From Amphiscolops sp. MND2022 (Eukaryota): DNA of 64,000 bases. The DNA is taken from NCBI GenBank assembly GCA_964187785.1, contig OZ076409.1, positions 86,428,001 through 86,492,000 of the forward strand, given 5' to 3'. The notes below the pieces were generated by a model. That model did no database searches. It saw nothing but the letters and a program-made list of their open reading frames with translations, and had not been told where the DNA came from. The position numbers and the translations under genes are program-made. This document shows positions 11,230 to 25,176 of this stretch, piece after piece; the stretch's first letter is position 1, and each line of letters opens with the position of its first letter.

Positions 11230-14200
11230 ACTGTTCAAAAATTGTCAAAGTTTGTGGAAATACTCATCCGAAGTACAATTCCAGTTTTTGGGACGCTATA
11301 CTTTGCATATTTTTCAGTCTTTAGGGTTTAGCTAATACTTTTAAACAAAACACAATTCGAACAAGCACATACAATATAATAGGTACAAACAATGTCAATA
11401 GAGCATGTTTTATTCAACAGAAATTTGTTAGCAGCTGTTTCATCGTTCTCTTGGAATCCACTTCTTATCCACTGTGTGGGAAAAGGTAATTGGCCATAAT
11501 CGCGCTCCTCGTGAAGAAAGAGATAAGACTGCTCAAAAATTCCTGTAATCATATTGGTATTTATTGTTCATCAGTTGAGATAAAAAGATGAACGTTCTTA
11601 GCTCAAAAAAGTGAGAAATGCGAAGAATGGAGTGATTTTTTAGTAGCTGTTGTAAGAGGTTTTTGTACCAAAAATCCATTTGAAGCACTGTTTTTGAAAA
11701 TTTTCCAGTATTTTCAAACAACTTATGTCGGGTGACCAAGATGGGATCCCATATAAATAAACAGATAACATTTGTGATTTTTCTCTGTTGGGGTTTGCCA
11801 TGGAATTTTTTGCTTCGATGAAGAAAAGCTTCTTTGGGCTTTTGTAAATTTCATTCGCACAGAATCCGTCCATTTAAGGTTATGACTTACAATGATTCCC
11901 AGATCTTTCGTATAATCAACATTACGATACATATGCCGCATCGAACTAGCAAGATCTTGCTAGTTCGATTAACAGCCAATAAAAACGCGTTATTTTAGAA
12001 TGAAAACGCGTTTGCATTGGCTGTTAATCGAACTAGCAAGATCTTGCTAGTTCTTGCGGCATATGTATCCTGATGAACGTTTTTTAACAGACAGTCATTC
12101 GTAGTAACAGGGGTTAACCCCTTGAAATTTAAACAGCTAGCTTTCCCGAGATTGGTAATCATTCCATTTGATAAAATCCAGTTGTAGAAACGTGTCAGGT
12201 TATCGTGGAAATTCAGTGAGGAGAGAAAGAGCTTGAGATCATCGGCAAACAACCAAATCATAGCGTCAAGAAAAATACGCGGAAGGTCATGGATAAATAT
12301 AAGAAATAAAAATGATCCTAGAACTGACACTTGAGGGACTCCACTAGGTACTGACAGATGTTCGGAAAAATAGCTGTTAACATTGACAACTTGGGTTCTC
12401 CCATTAGGATAAGATTCAAAAAGCAGGAGGGGCTCTGAATCAAATCCAAAGAGCTTCAATTTAGATAATAAAATTTTGTTAGGGACTTTATCGAACGCTT
12501 TTTCCTAATCCAAATAGACGGAGAAAAAGGTGCTAGATTCATTGTGATACAGTGTTTCCCGATTGTCTATTATTTGAAGTACAGCATTTTTCCGGGATTG
12601 AAAGTCAAATTGTTTAGAGTGAAGTTGAGCTTGGAACAATTCAAAAAGATAAACGAAAAGCAGCCGTTCGAAAATTAGGGAGATTTTTGACAATAAACTA
12701 CTGGGACGGTAGTGTTCAATGCGGGCCTTGGATAAGCTTTTGTGCAAGGGTCTAATAAAAGCACCTTTCCATAATTCGGGGAAGATTTTGGAGTCAGTAA
12801 GAGAGTGAAAAAAGATACGCAAGAAGATCAGCAAACATTTGTGGAACAATTTTCAAAAGCTGACAGGAAAATTAATCATTGCTGGGATAAGTTGAAAATT
12901 TGGTTCTCAGAATTTCAATCAGGATAAGATCAGGTGGAATAGAAAATTTGAACACCTTGAGACTCATGAACTCCGCAGATGAGTATGCAACGCCAGTATA
13001 AAAACCGGTGTTGAACGTTTTTGCAGAGAACTTATTGAAACTTATGATTCTCAAGGCGTTCTGGACCATACCCTTTGGATAGTCAGAGGACTTTAAGCTT
13101 CTCAGCAGGGCGAAACAATCGGAGAGATTAGAAGTCATTGACCCAATAATGAAACAGACTTTATGCATATCGGAAAACTCTCGGAACTCAATTTCCAGTT
13201 CAGAAAGTCGCTGCTGATTGGTTTAGATGAGTTTCGGACAATTTTTCTTCTCATTGTGTTTAACATATTCAAAGTATGCATCATTAGTGGGCTGTCGAAA
13301 AAAGTGTTAGCTGTACGTTTCATTCATTTCTGCTTAAAGTTTGTTTTAACACTGCACCAAAGGAATTCAAAGAACCTAGTCACGTCGTTATTTTAAGTGA
13401 GTTTTCAAAGACAAAAAATTTCCAAGAATCAGTGAATTTTTCCAGATGTTGAGCTTGATTGCAACAGTATTGGGTCGGTTGCTTAGTGTTGATGGGTAAA
13501 ACTCTGGAGTCAATTCGTAAAATATATGGATAATGATAGCTTAGCTGAAGGTCTCGGTGCCCCGACAGTAGACAAAAGCACCATCTGAGGTTGTCAGGAT
13601 ATTACCAAGAGTGTTTCCCAGTTTATGCGTAGGGGTATCATGAATAAGTGGTTCAAAGGAAAAACCGCGAAAGGTATTCACAACATCCTGTTGTCTTTGA
13701 ACAGAGCAAGACATTGAGTGTCAGTTACAAGATCGCAGATTGAGATCGCCTACGAGGAAGTAAGTAACGTTTGAGTAAATTTGGTTAGACCTGAGTTGAC
13801 ATTTTTGAATGAAAAGTTCAAGTTGCTCTGGTATGACTCTGTAATCGCTTGTTCTTGGTGGCAAATGAACACAGATAAAAGCAAGGGCATGAGATTGAGA
13901 TGAGGCGAAGCAGACACCAAAAATTAGTCTAAATTGAATATTATTTCGTTTGAAGTCACGTTGCTTATTTTTCTATGAAGAATCACTACCCCACCGTGTT
14001 GACCGTCAGGCCTGTCAGCCCTGGTTACTACCTGAAATTGTCAAAAGAGGGTAAAATTTTCGCTGAGTTTTGGTGTCTAGCCAGGTTTCGGTTAATATAA
14101 CTATTTCAATTTCACTAAGCATAAAGTAGTCGAATAGAATCAGTTGCTTGCTGATTGGATTATTGGATTGAACGTTAAGATTCAGGATTTGTGTTTTTGA

Positions 14201-14950
14201 TTGTCAATGGGTAGTATTTTGGATCGTTGTTTTGTTTTTGAGTTTTTCATATAGTATGGCCAAGTTATCCATTTCTCCAGGGTCAATGTGTACACCGTTG
14301 AGGAATAATTTCACATCTCTTATTCTCAAAGAATCTCAATTTAATCCAAACTGAATCAGCTCATTTTGTTTTCTTAGCAGATTTGTCTCTTTTATCCGAT
14401 CCTTCCAGCAGAGTTTTGGTTCAACGAAGGAAGATCCTAATACGTTTCAGAAGGAAAGCGTTGCTCAAAGCGTTATGCGGCGATCATAGCTGGAAGTTAG
14501 CTAGATCTTAATGGCATTTGGTCTGGCAGTTGATTCTGGCTTGAGTTTACCGAGTGTTCAGAGGTTTTTTATCCTGGAAGAGGCAATTTTCAGTGTCTCG
14601 CGAAAAGTTTGCACATTTGGGTCTTCATGTTTGGTAGACGATTCTGAAATGTTGTACAGAACAATGGTTTCTTGAGCTTTGCTATCTTAATCACGTTCAT
14701 CAAGGGTTTTCCACATAGCGTCTACATACAAAAGAGGATGATTTGAATTTGGAATCTGTCCATCTGTTTCAGAAGTGGCCAGTTTTTGTTCGATGGACTT
14801 TACTGTTTGTGCTGTTTCAGACAACACTCACCCAAGTTGCTTTTTACATTCACCTAATTACGACAGAGATTCTCGAAGCAAACACTCGAGAGGAACTTCT
14901 TTAGCTTTAGACGTGATGGTTTGTATCCCTATTTGGCAAAGTGTTAAAAT
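11230..14950 (-). mobile_element. Degenerate near-full-length CR1/L2-group LINE
   Basis: RT motifs HYRPSSLLSKISLIFE, GVPQVSVLGSFLFLIFIHDL, LFADDLKL, KDLGIIVS; APE remnant ILTETWL near 14080; ORF1 C-terminal IRDVKLFLNG near 14320. Many stops and frameshifts. Confidence 0.85.
11920..12075. mobile_element. 156-bp palindromic MITE with CA...TG ends and 2-bp TSD (CMC/EnSpm-like)
   Basis: Terminal inverted repeat (TIR) CATTACGATACATATGCCGCA / CATCAGGATACATATGCCGCA; AA duplicated at 11918-11919 and 12076-12077. Removing it restores the LINE frame ...KNVDYTKDLG. Confidence 0.75.
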
Positions 14951-15083
14951 TTCACTGATAGTAGGATAGTAGTCGGGTGTTGATAATATACGCGAGCGAA
15001 GTTCACCCACGTTTCAAAGAGATAAACGAATACAAAGAGAGAAGTGAATAGGGGTAATGGTAAAGAGCTGTGAGGGTGGATGG

Positions 15084-16595
15084 CTAAGGTTGGCCGAAGC
15101 GTTGGTTTCGGTGTTGCATGAAGGCTGGCTTAGGCAGTTTCTTGGTGAAGTTGTCGGCCACATTTGCAGTTGTTGGTGTGTATTCCAGTTGCATTTTCTT
15201 TGCTTCTATGAGTTCCCGGATGAAATGATGCCTCGTCACGATGTGCTTGGCCCGCTTGTGGGAGACTGGATTTTTGGCTAGGGCGATTGCTCCCTGGTTG
15301 TCACCGTAGACAAGAATAGGCTTCGTGACCATCGACAAACCAGAGATGAAAGCCAGCAGCCCCTGCATGAATATGGTTTCCTGTGCTGCTAAAGCTAAAG
15401 CTACTTACTCAGCCTCACAAGAACTAAGTGCAACACAAGCTTGTTTCTTAGAAGCCCAAGACACCAGACTACTATCCCTGTTTACCTTTAAGCAAAAGCT
15501 AGAAGTTGACTTCCTATCATCCTCATCGGTCGCCCAGTCCGAGTCAGAGTTTCTGAAGAGCGCGAAAGCTGTACCCCTGATAAAAACTAATGTATGATTA
15601 GTAGACCCCTTCAAGTAGCGAAGTAAATGCTTAAGTGCCACCCAGTGCTCCTTGCCCTGATTAGAAACAAAATGTGCTAAGTTATACACTGCAAAGCAAA
15701 TATCAGGCCTACTAACAACCGAAAGATACATCAAGTTACCGACTAGGCTGCGATAGGCCTTGTTACATCTTGCCATCATTGGCGCCTCACTCGCCACATT
15801 CTCAGGACAATGTTTTTTGATTGCTTAGTACCTGGTACTTGGGGTGTTGACGTCGGCATGCACTCACTCATGTTCCCTTTCGCTAAGATATCCCAGACGT
15901 ACGACCTTTGACTAAGTTCTATGCATCCCGTTGACTGACTTATGTTACAACCGATAAACCAAGTCATAAGACCCCTCTCCTTGATGCTAAAGTCCCGTTG
16001 AAGATCTTTTTTGAACGACGAGGCCAATTTTTCTTCAACTGAAAAGTACAAGATATCGTCCACCCAAATAAGTACAAAGACGTTTGAGTCCCCGTACCTT
16101 AGGCGAAAAAGGCAGTAATCAATTTCAGAGCGTACAAAACCATTTGCTAGGAACCAAGTTGTTAGCTTGCAGTTCCACTCCCGGCCGGCTTGTTTTAAAC
16201 TGTTAAGACATCTTAGAAGCTTGCAATAGAGTTTTTCGCCGTTACTCCCCGCTTGAACAAATCCCTCCTGTTGCTCTAAGTAAATTCCATCTTGAAGCTC
16301 TGCGTTCAATTAGGCGGAACAAACATCGAGTTGGAAAACAAAAGCCCTCATTTGTGCCGCTAAAGATAGACAAAGTCTCAATGTTGTGAGCTTTGCTGTT
16401 GGAGCAAATGTTTCGCTATAGTCAGACCCAAAAACTTGCAAAAACTCTTGAGCTACAAATCGAGCCTTGAATTTTCCAATTGAACCATCATCTTTCCTTT
16501 TTACTTTGAGAACCCACTGACTACCGATAGGTTTTTTGCCTTCCGGTAACTCCGCGAAAATCCATGTTTTGTTTTTCAAAAGCGGCGAACATTCT
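15084..16595 (-). mobile_element. pol: Ty1/Copia element, 3' half (RT and RNase H)
   Basis: KNKTW..LPEGKKPIGSQWV, KARFVAQ, ETFAPTA, LIWVDDIL, YRSLVGNLMYL, DSDWA, WASKKQACVALSSCEAE, DNQGAIALAKNPVSHKRAKHI, NVADNFTK. Confidence 0.95.
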
Positions 16596-19375
16596 TGTAA
16601 CGGCTGCTTGCCCTTACCCTGCGCTGAGGCTTGACAATTTTTACGCCGCCCTGATCCGTTGCTTAGTACTGTGGACCGTTACTAAACAATTCCTGGTTTT
16701 CTTGTGTTTTTAAAGGACAGTATCTTTTGGCTGTGGGTCCGATGTGACCCGTGGAATCTCCTTCGATACCGTTTTGCACTTGTATGGATCCGATGTGATC
16801 CGTAACGCACTTCCCTCACTGTATCTTCACACGCTCCGGCTCTCCAACTATGAGAGTCGCTCTAACTCTAGCGAAAAGTTGTGAAGATTGAAAAGTTGAA
16901 TAATTAGTCTCTTGGTCATCAGACCCAACTTGACTATAGCTATTCAGTCGTGAAAACCAAAATCTAACAATGGTAAAAATGTGGTTTACTCTACAGTAAA
17001 TATAAGCAAATATCAGTTGAAATATGTTGTATAAGTAAATGACATTTACCGTATTTCTTTGAATACAGGCCACGGCTTTCAAAATTTTTCCCGCACGGAT
17101 TTTGCGGCCTATATTCGGGGGCGGCTTCTATTCGAGGGCGGCTTGTATTCCTGAAATTTGTTTCCGAGACATTGCTGGCGGCAAACAATGCACTGCTAAC
17201 TCATTGCTCACAAAATGAATAATTTCTCAGAAATGGAAATTCTCTGATTTTGTTTGTTCACGTGTTTGTTTTGATTCTCTTTGTGAAAGCCCGTTATTGT
17301 TTGATATGTAGAATATTGTTTTCAGAGAAGTCTGAAAGAAAATCTTACAGTTTAAAAAGTAAAGTGGAAGTTATTAAGAAAGCTGAGTTATCATCCAACT
17401 GATCAGCGGCCGATTTCTATCAAATCAATGAGAAACAGGTTCGCAATTGGAGATATGACAAAGCCAAAATTATTCAATTATTGGACATTCCAGGAGATAG
17501 AGCACGAAATAAAGAACGAAAGCGGTTAGCTGGCGGTGGGCGCCGCCACTTTTCGGACGAGTCGTCAAATTTGAACAATATTCAACGCAACCGTGAGAAA
17601 AATCTCCACGTTTCCTGCAAAATGATCAAAACTTGGGCCCTAAACGAAGCTCAATCTACTGACGTTCAAATCTTTTGTGCCAGTCGAGGCTGGTTATCTC
17701 GATCCCTAGTTCGAAATAAATCAACAATCAGAAGAAGTACGACCACTGGGCAGAAGCTACCAACTCAATTATCCCAGAAAAGAATAGATTTCATTCTCTA
17801 CAATAAAAGGCATCGTGAATCGTATCAATTTGGTTCTTCAATTATTGTTAACATGGACGAGACGCTAATGTGGGCCGATATGCCCTCCAGTACAACTATT
17901 ACAGAAAAAGGGTCGAAGACAGTACCGATAAACTCTACTGGCCATGAAAAATACCGACTCACTGTTTGTCTTGCGGCCAGAGCAGATGGTACAAAACTGT
18001 TGCCTCTTATTGTTATTCCGGGGAAAAAGATTTCAACATAGCTTTGTACTATAAAAGGGGTAATTGTGAGATGCTCCAAAAATGGGTGGATGAATGAGGA
18101 ACTAACCCTGGACTGGTTGAATTCAGTTTGGGGTAACTTGAGCTTCCCAAAACGATTTCTCGTGTGGGATTCATTCCATTGCCATATATCTGACAAAGTT
18201 AAGGGAGCTGTTAAAGGAAGAAACGGCATTATGAGTGTCATACCCGGCGGATGTACGAAGTTTTTGCATTATGTTGACTTGAGTCTCAACAAACCAGTGA
18301 AAGACCACTATCGATACTTTTATGATGAGTGTTTAAGAATTGGTCCATTTGAGTATACACGGGGAGGAAACTTGAAAACTCCTAGTTTCAGAACTCAAAT
18401 TGAATGGTTGCTGACAGCCTGGAGAAAAATACCTTCCGAAGTGGTACGACGAAGTTTCGACGCTTGTGGCATAACTCAATGCGATTCATCTTCAATTCAC
18501 TGCTTGAAACCTGATGCCCAGCTTTTTCAGCTGCAACTTTGCTGTTAAGAGAACTCAACTCCGAGACAGTGAGACAAGGCAACACGGATTTTGAAGTTGT
18601 GTTCGTTGTGGCGCCAAGCATGGACTATGATGAGAATTGCACCGAAGAAGAAGAACTCAATGACGATGGCATTTTAGTTACCATGCAAGTTGTTCAGATT
18701 TCTGAAACTAGTGATGAGGCTTCTGTTATGTTGACTTTGATTGATGAAATTCAAGTTTTCCATGACAGTTTTAAACTTTTGATAACTCAATTACAAGCAG
18801 CGGCTTCTAATCGGGGGCGGCTTATAAGATAAAATTTTCAGGCTTAGTGCGGCTTGTAATCGGGGGCGGCTTTTATTCGGTGGCGACTTCTATTCGACGA
18901 AATACGGTAAGTGAATTATTGAATATATTGGCTATGTAAACAAACAATTGTGTGGGTCTTGAATGTAGATTAGGTGGGCTCGAAAGCATGTTTACACAAA
19001 GTAAATATCATTAATTTCAACAGAGTTACATTCTTCTAAAGTGGTCAAAGGGGTAAATAGCAACGTTTACAATTCGGCTCAAATGACCTTGAATACTACA
19101 CATGTGTGGGGTAAAGGGGGTTTTAGTGGGTGAATGAACTTGACATTTAGCCGGTGTGTTTGGGTTAGGTACTTGCATACGTGTGCCAAGTTTCATGGCT
19201 CTATAACTAGTAGTTGTCGAGAAATTTCTGACTGGAGGGGGGGGGGTTCGCCGATTTGGTCCCCCTCGACGCTTCAGCAAAATATCTTCTAAATTTTTAA
19301 AGAGTTTAAGTTCTTGTTTTTCAACCAGCATGTTCCATATCGAATTTCTCTGCCTGCTGATGACTGGCGCCAACA
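16596..19375 (-). repeat. BEL 3' LTR (about 0.93 kb), interrupted by a pogo transposon
   Basis: Direct repeat of 25177-26090, roughly 10% divergent by eye. Confidence 0.9.
17049..18907 (+). mobile_element. pogo-family (Tc1/mariner superfamily) DNA transposon with disrupted DDE_1 transposase
   Basis: TIR CCGTATTTC(TTT/GTC)GAATA; TA TSD confirmed by the empty site GACATT-TA-AGTGAATT in the other LTR (about 25626). Motifs ASRGWL, NMDET, TGHEK..TVCLAARADGTKLLPL, KNGWM, LVWDSFHCH, IPGGCT. Subterminal GGCGGCTT repeats. Confidence 0.95.
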
Positions 19376-22300
19376 TTGCTGGTCCTGATTTTCTCAGGAA
19401 AAATACTTTCAAAGAACATGGGTGTCTGTTTCACTACTGGTCTTTTGAGTTTTCAACTTCTGTTTTCACCAGCGCTGATCTCACTCACCCATCGTTTCTA
19501 TGGTAGACTTCCAACACTCTCTCCCCATCTTGTAGTGTGCTCTTTTCATACTCTCATCTACTTTCCAGACCAAATCATTGACTTCCAGTTGTCTAACTTC
19601 TTCTTTATTCCATTTATATCTCTCATTTCATTGCGGTAAATATTTTCTGTTCCATCTTCTCCAAATCAAATCTGCATATGCTTTTGATACACTGAATTTT
19701 CTTCGAAGATCTGAATATCGCTGAGCGTCAAGATTGAATGGGGTTGCTGGACTCGCACGTCCTAGCAGGAAGTGGTTTGGAGTCCAAATCTTCAGGATCA
19801 CCACTGACACTAGTCAGAGGTCTCGCATTCAATATCTGCTGAACCAGACACATTGTTGTCGATAATACATCATATGTCAGTGTTCTGTGTTTCCCACTAT
19901 TGCCATCATAGCTTTCTTGCAGCTTCTGACCATTCGCTCCCAAATACCTCCAAAATGCGGCGCACCTGGGGCGTTGAACTTCCATTTTATTTGCTTTTGA
20001 GCCAAAGACTGCTCAACGTCTGATTGATACCAAGCTTCTATCAATTGTCGCATTTCTCTAGTTGCGCCTGCAAATTCGTTTCAATATCACTTAGTATGAT
20101 ATTAGGTTTTCCTCTTCTTGTCTTCTTGCGATGTGTCTCGTAATTGCAGCAAGACATACGTCGCCTTCCAGGCTGGGCACGATTTCAACATGCACAGCTC
20201 TTGTTGTCAAACATGTGAATAGAAAACACCATCGTTTCAAAGATTCCCTCGTGAATCTCACTTCGAATGGTCCAAAATAGTCTACTCCAGTGTTGGCAAA
20301 AGGGAAAAACCTTTCTTCCAATCTTTCTTTAGGTAAGTCTGTCATGAAATGTTGAACTCCTCCAATTTGTTGCTTCCTGCACTTAACACACGTCAGCTTC
20401 ACGTTGTTGAGCGCGTTTCGGAGTCCAATTACCCAGTAATTCTGCTGCAAAATGCTGCGGACAAACTTCGTTCCTATGGTAGTTACTTTCACGCGCATCT
20501 TCAGTCAATTTCCTCACTATTGGATGCCTCGCTGATAGCAAAGTTGGATGTTTCATTTCATGACTCGCATCAGCATGACGTAGTCGTCCTTTCAATTGCA
20601 TTCGGTTCTGATCGTCCATAAATGGTGACAGTTTGTTCAAGTGATCAGATGCTGCCATGGGTTTACCTGCAGCCAATGCTTTATAGGCTAGACCAAAACT
20701 TTCCATCTGGCTCTTCCTCAGTAACAGTTGGATCACTGCTGCAATTCTTCTAGAATTACCATCTTTTTTTGATTTTTGATTTGAAGCAAAAGCAATAGGC
20801 GAAGATCCGGGTCATTTGTCTGAGCGTACCGAACTTCTCCCAATCAATGTCCTTTTCTTCTGACAAGACTTCAAAGACTGGTTCTATGTCTTCTTTTTTT
20901 TTGCTGAAGCAACTGTGGTGAGGTTTGTGGCAGAGCATGTTTTTTCGCTCAAAGCCATGACAGCCCTGTGAACCACTCACTCATTTCTATTTCATGGACG
21001 GATTTTCCTCTTGTTCCAATGTCGGCAGGGTTTAAGGTTCCTTCGACATGTCTCCACTGATCAATTGTTGAACTCTCAAGAATTTCAGCGACTCTGTTCG
21101 TTACAAACACGGGTTCTTTCTTGTCAGCCCCTTGCAACCATTGTAAAACAGTTGTCGAATCCGTCTAAAAGAAGGTTCGTTCAATTTCAACGTGGTGTGC
21201 GTCTACGATCAGTTGTTTCAATCGGGTTCCATAAATAGCTGCTTGTAGCTCTAGTCGGGGCAATGAGTGTTGCTTCATTGGCGCTACTCGGCATTTCCCT
21301 ACCACATAGGTCAGCTCTCCAGTTTGTTGATCCCTAAAGTACGCTACTATGCACATAGCGTCCAAAGATGCATCAGCGAAAACATGCAAGTCCACTACTT
21401 CAGCATTTTTTGATAAATGATTTCTTTTGAGAGTCATCTCATTCAGGTGACTCAACTCCGATGCCCAATTCTTGAAAGCTATCTCTCCTTCTGGAGATAC
21501 TTGTTCGTGGCACGATTGCCCATGCTTTTTCAAAATTCCTTTGAGCAACAATCGCATCCTCACAGTGAAGGGGGAGAACAATCTAACACAGAGGATACTT
21601 GGGATAATACTACTCGCTGTGTGACCTTCGCAGACACTTCTTTTCCCATACCACGGCAGATCTCAAGACTGTCAAACTTCACATTCCACTGGAGTCCCAA
21701 GATTGATGGTGCCAAGGGTTCAGCTTCGAACGTCCTACTCAGCGCGCCTGATCTATCTTCAGGAGATATTTCTTTCATTGCTTTCTCGGAGTTGCAAATC
21801 CATTTCGTTAGTTGGAATCCACCATCGGCTAAGTACTTTCACAAGCTTGTGTACATTTTAACAGCTATCCACTGAAGCTACTGATTTCACAAAATCGTCC
21901 ATGTAGAAATTTCTGTTTATCAACTTTGCAACCATCCCATTGTCATCTCTGCAATCTCGTCCGACTTGTTGCAAAGCATAGTTCACACATGTTGGCAAAC
22001 TCTTAGCTCCAAACATGTGTCTTCCATATTCATACACAGCGATAGGTTCAGTGGTGTTTTCTCTCCACAGAAAGCTCAGTACAATGCAATAAGAAAGGGT
22101 ACTTTCACTTGGAGAAACATCGCTTCAACGTCTGCTGTCAAGGCAACTTGCTTCTTGAAGATAACTCCTGTCAGCGATTTTAGAAGGTCTGGACCGGCCA
22201 TCAAGTTGTCATTAAGTGAAACACCTCCGAACTTTGAGGCAGCATTGCATACTCGTCTCGCTTTGTCCGGCTTGTTCGGGTTCAGCACAGGAAGGTGCGG

Positions 22301-25176
22301 GACGTACCACTGAAGATCTCTTTTGGTGTTTCGAGCTCTGTTTCGTCCAGAACTCTCACGATTTTTTTTCACGTCCTCATCAATGGTCTCTTGGTAGCGT
22401 TGTCTGAAGTTTTCATCCTTTTCCAATCGGCGCGCGAGATACTTCAATTGACTCACTGCTGAACTGTAATTGTTTGGTGAATGCGACTTTGCATTTTTCC
22501 AATGTAGCCCGACCTCGTTCCTCTCTCCGTCGAATTTCGTGGTTGCTTTCAGAATTTCGAGGTCCTTGTTGTCCTCTTTGGACCTTCCAGATACACTGCA
22601 GTTGGAAGCATACGATTCCATGCTCCACCAAGTTTTCACTTGATCCGCTAATAAGTCCACTTCTGCAGCAACCAAGTTTTCAGTTGCAAATTTTGCAGTC
22701 TCATGTTGGGGCAAGGGTCCACTGCGCATCCATGCCAGCTCCGTTCGCACTGCCCACAGCTTTGAGTTTCCACATTTTCTATATCCGGTTGCTTTGTGCA
22801 AGTGGTAACAATCTTGGCCCATTATGACTTTGACATCTTTCAAGTTGACGGTAGAGTCCTTCAAGACTGACAGGTGACGGTATGATCCTTCAATCTCTTG
22901 ACGTTGTATGGTCGATTTCCCGCGTTTACGTTGGGATGACTATAGGCAGTGATGTTTTCATTGACTTTTCCGTCTTGATCACCAATCTTGACTCGATGTC
23001 TTTTGCTACTGATATCTGACGTACCATGAATCCCTGCAACATTCAAATCCATTGGCTGACCCGTCAGATTTAGCGTTTTCGTCAGACTTTCGTCCACAAA
23101 CGACAAACAAGCTCCGGAGTCGAACAAAGCGAACGTTTTCAAAGTTTTGCCTCCACTCCCTATTGTTACTGGAATGACTGGAAGCACTCCACTGCGTCTC
23201 TTTGAGCACAGTTCAGAAACTGCCTCGACATTTTCAACATTTTGCTTTTGTTCCACGTTCTTGTATGTTCGATGTAGCAATCTGTGATGAGGTTTATCGC
23301 AACCATTTACATCGCAGAGTCTACCAGAGCAGTTCCTCATCTGATGCGCGTCTGACAAACATTTGAAGCACAGCTTCAGTTCTTTCGCCTTTTGTCCTCT
23401 TTCTTCAACGTTCATCTTCTTGAATTTCTCACATTTCCATATCGGATGTTTGCCATCTTTCAGCACACGCTCTCGCTGGTATTTCGAGTTGTCACTGGCT
23501 GTGTTTGTTGCTGATGTTGCAAACGTGGAGCCTCTGGCCTTTTCCTTGTAGCTCGACTTGCGCGATCAGCATTCGGGTTTGAAGACAAAAGCAATTCATC
23601 TTGAACATCTGCTATATCATTGAGGCATTCACTGAACAAAGCGAGTCCAGGTTGATACAGTCATTTGCTTCACATGAGTGAGCCACTTCGTTTTCATGTC
23701 CAGTGTTAACTTCCTTGTGGCGCTTCCCAAGACTCCCTCTGAGTTTAGGTCTCCCACGTACTTGAATTGTGTCAGAACATTCACGCAACTCGACACTATT
23801 CTCGCAAACTTGATCAATGCGGCTCCGTCATAAGGTTTCATAGGGGGAAAGGAGTATATTCTCTTCAACTGAGCATTCACAACCATCTGCGGTTTTCCAA
23901 AGTTTCCAACTAGAACGTTCCACTCCATATTGTACATCTCAGCGGTGTAACCAAGGCCAGCAACGCTTCTTTAGATTTGCCCGCGACCAACGTTTTTAGG
24001 TGATCCATCTTTATACTGCCGTCCATGTTTGCTGCGCGGACAGTTGCTTGAAATAGTTGCAACCACTGTGGGGTTGCACTACTCGGGTTGCCTCCATTCG
24101 TAGACGATACTCAGTTTGACTGCCAGCACCTTTGACAGTCTTTGTTCTGTCCATTTCAATACCTCGCTTAGCGGCTTCTGTATATGGTCCGTTGCACTGA
24201 GGGTTTAAAGTCCCTCACTTGCGCAGAGTATTGTCCTCTGTGAGTTGATTGTACTGTAATCACTGGTGCTGACACGGACGTTTGCTGATAACCTGGTGGC
24301 ACGTTAATCGACAATGCCACGTTTTCAGCTTCTTCTGTCTTGTCCATCCATCCTGAGACTTTCGTCAGATTGTCATCTGGAGTCCTACCCGGTGCGATAC
24401 TTCGGAAGCTAGACCCACAACTACTCGGAACTTTAGCCCTTCCTATTTTTTTTCATCTTTCAAAGCATTTAGTTCCGAACTCGTCTCACAATTGACGTTT
24501 CGAGAACACAGATTTTTTGTTGCTTTTGGTTTTGTCACCATGCGAATGTATACTCAATTCTTCTATTTGCCGCGATTCAGTTTCTCTTCTTCGATCTGGT
24601 CTTTCATCTGGGTTGTGACCATCGAGTTCCTTTTGCTCGGCGTCTGGTTCCGGTTCCTTTCGTGTTGAGGTACCCTTTTTACTAGATTTATCTGCTGCCG
24701 AGTTTGCGCGAGCTTCTAATCGTTTTATTCGGCGTCTTCAAGACTTCGCAAAATGGCTCCTTCGTCTCCTGACTTCAACAGACCTTCAATTTTTGTTTTG
24801 ATGTCAGACCGTTTCTGCAGCAATTCTTGACATGCGGCAGCATAATCTTCTTCGTCGACATCTTTGCCATTTGCGATTGAATCTTCCCGCAACTTTTGGT
24901 TGCTAACCATTACTTTATCAATAGCACGTTTCTCTTCTTCAAGATCCCAATAGTTTAGTAATTGGTTTTCATCTTCCAATGCTGACATCAATTTTTTCAC
25001 CCTTTCAATGCTATAGTTTTTCTGCTGCATCTCAACCAATTGGCTCTGCGTTGCTTTATTCAAGGCTGAGAACATTTCGGGTATCTGCGGTTGGTACTTG
25101 ACTTTGATTGCATTTTCGACTGTCTTAATGAGCCGATCTCTCCTGTTTATGGTATATGTTTGTCTTAGCAGTAAAT

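Noticed and set aside
14978-15083. Copia 3' LTR (TGTTGA at 14978)
   Set aside because: It does not match the 5' LTR sequence at 28870-28930 and has no clear polypurine tract, so no LTR pair or TSD can be claimed.
17825-18241. 138-aa antisense ORF in the pogo element, and similar antisense ORFs at 8949, 21417 and 22474
   Set aside because: Shadow frames of transposon coding sequence with no motifs of their own.
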